Positions 63,576 to 64,000 of a stretch of 64,000 nucleotides of DNA are shown here, piece by piece. Position 1 is the stretch's first letter, and every line of letters begins with the position of its first letter. Under the pieces are notes generated by a model. That model ran no database searches. It was given only the letters and a program-made list of their open reading frames with translations, and was not told the DNA's origin. Where the stretch lies: positions 95,838 through 159,837 of IMG/VR virus record IMGVR_UViG_2706796753_000001. One strand, 5' to 3'. The stretch comes from a virus (lineage: Duplodnaviria; Caudoviricetes). The translations under genes were made by a program, and so were the position numbers.

Positions 63576-63818
63576 ATGGAAATCATGCAATTTAATAATG
63601 ATAATAAAGACAGAGTGTATAATTGGGTAAGGTGTACAACAACACCTATACATATAGACGGAGAACCAGCACTAAAGATATTAACACCTACAGGTATCCA
63701 GACTGCACGAATAGGCGACTATATAACGAAGCATTTTGAAGGTGCGTACTCAGTAATACATGCAGATGCATTTATATTACTACAAGAGAAGTATGAGCAT
63801 TATATAAAAGAATGGTAA
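63576..63818 (+). CDS. Small protein of the 'TxEG...GDYIxK...G.Y' phage family
   Basis: QF...I.TPTG...ARIGDYITK..EGAYSVI..DAF. Confidence 0.55.
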   Translation: MEIMQFNNDNKDRVYNWVRCTTTPIHIDGEPALKILTPTGIQTARIGDYITKHFEGAYSVIHADAFILLQEKYEHYIKEW

Positions 63819-64000
63819 GTCGTAGAGACTATAAACAATATTATATAATGAACTTGAGGTATACACTAGAGCCCTTACTATTTATTAGTAAAACTAGTCA
63901 AGCCTCAGGTTTTATTTTTCAAGTGTTGCTCTAGCTAGGTATAACAAGTTGCATCTATAACCGATTCTATTAGTATACTTGCCTATTATTCTGATAGTCG

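Larger units (their letters stand above)
54807..63818 (+). other. Early or host-takeover-like region of ~28 small genes (probable terminal repeat)
   Basis: Small, often acidic ORFs with one promoter per one to three genes. Confidence 0.6.

Noticed and set aside
1-64000. Alternative genetic code or stop-codon read-through
   Set aside because: Genes tile densely under the standard bacterial code and conserved proteins are full length.

Overview
This is a 64 kb segment of a large lytic Bacillus myovirus, most likely Herelleviridae, Bastille-like. It is AT-rich, densely coding and almost entirely on the + strand, with strong Firmicute RBSs and sigmaA-type promoters. From left to right: (1) a replication/recombination block with an HU/IHF-like gene, a family A DNA polymerase split by a group I intron that encodes an I-BasI-like HNH homing endonuclease, a gp32-like SSB, a RecA/UvsX recombinase, a phage sigma factor and an SPP1-type holin; (2) nucleotide and nuclease accessory genes, including a degenerate DHH protein, a metallophosphoesterase, MazG, a PD-(D/E)XK nuclease and a free-standing HNH-AP2 endonuclease; (3) a SigF/SigB-like sigma factor and an Apyc1-like MBL hydrolase; (4) a self-contained module at about 38.3-44.2 kb with ParM-like actin, an RHH adaptor, iteron-like repeats, pilin-like and VirB6-like membrane proteins (possibly joined by a -1 frameshift) and an FtsK/SpoIIIE motor; (5) small accessory genes, an Rnl2 RNA ligase and a Tad2/DUF2829-like gene; (6) from about 54.5 kb, a probable early host-takeover or terminal-repeat region with about ten near-identical promoter cassettes and an Ocr-like DNA mimic. 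The module in (4) is the best candidate for an undescribed system, possibly partitioning or translocating phage DNA, for example into the forespore. No tRNA, rRNA or CRISPR array was seen. All family assignments come from motif recognition by eye; no database search was run.
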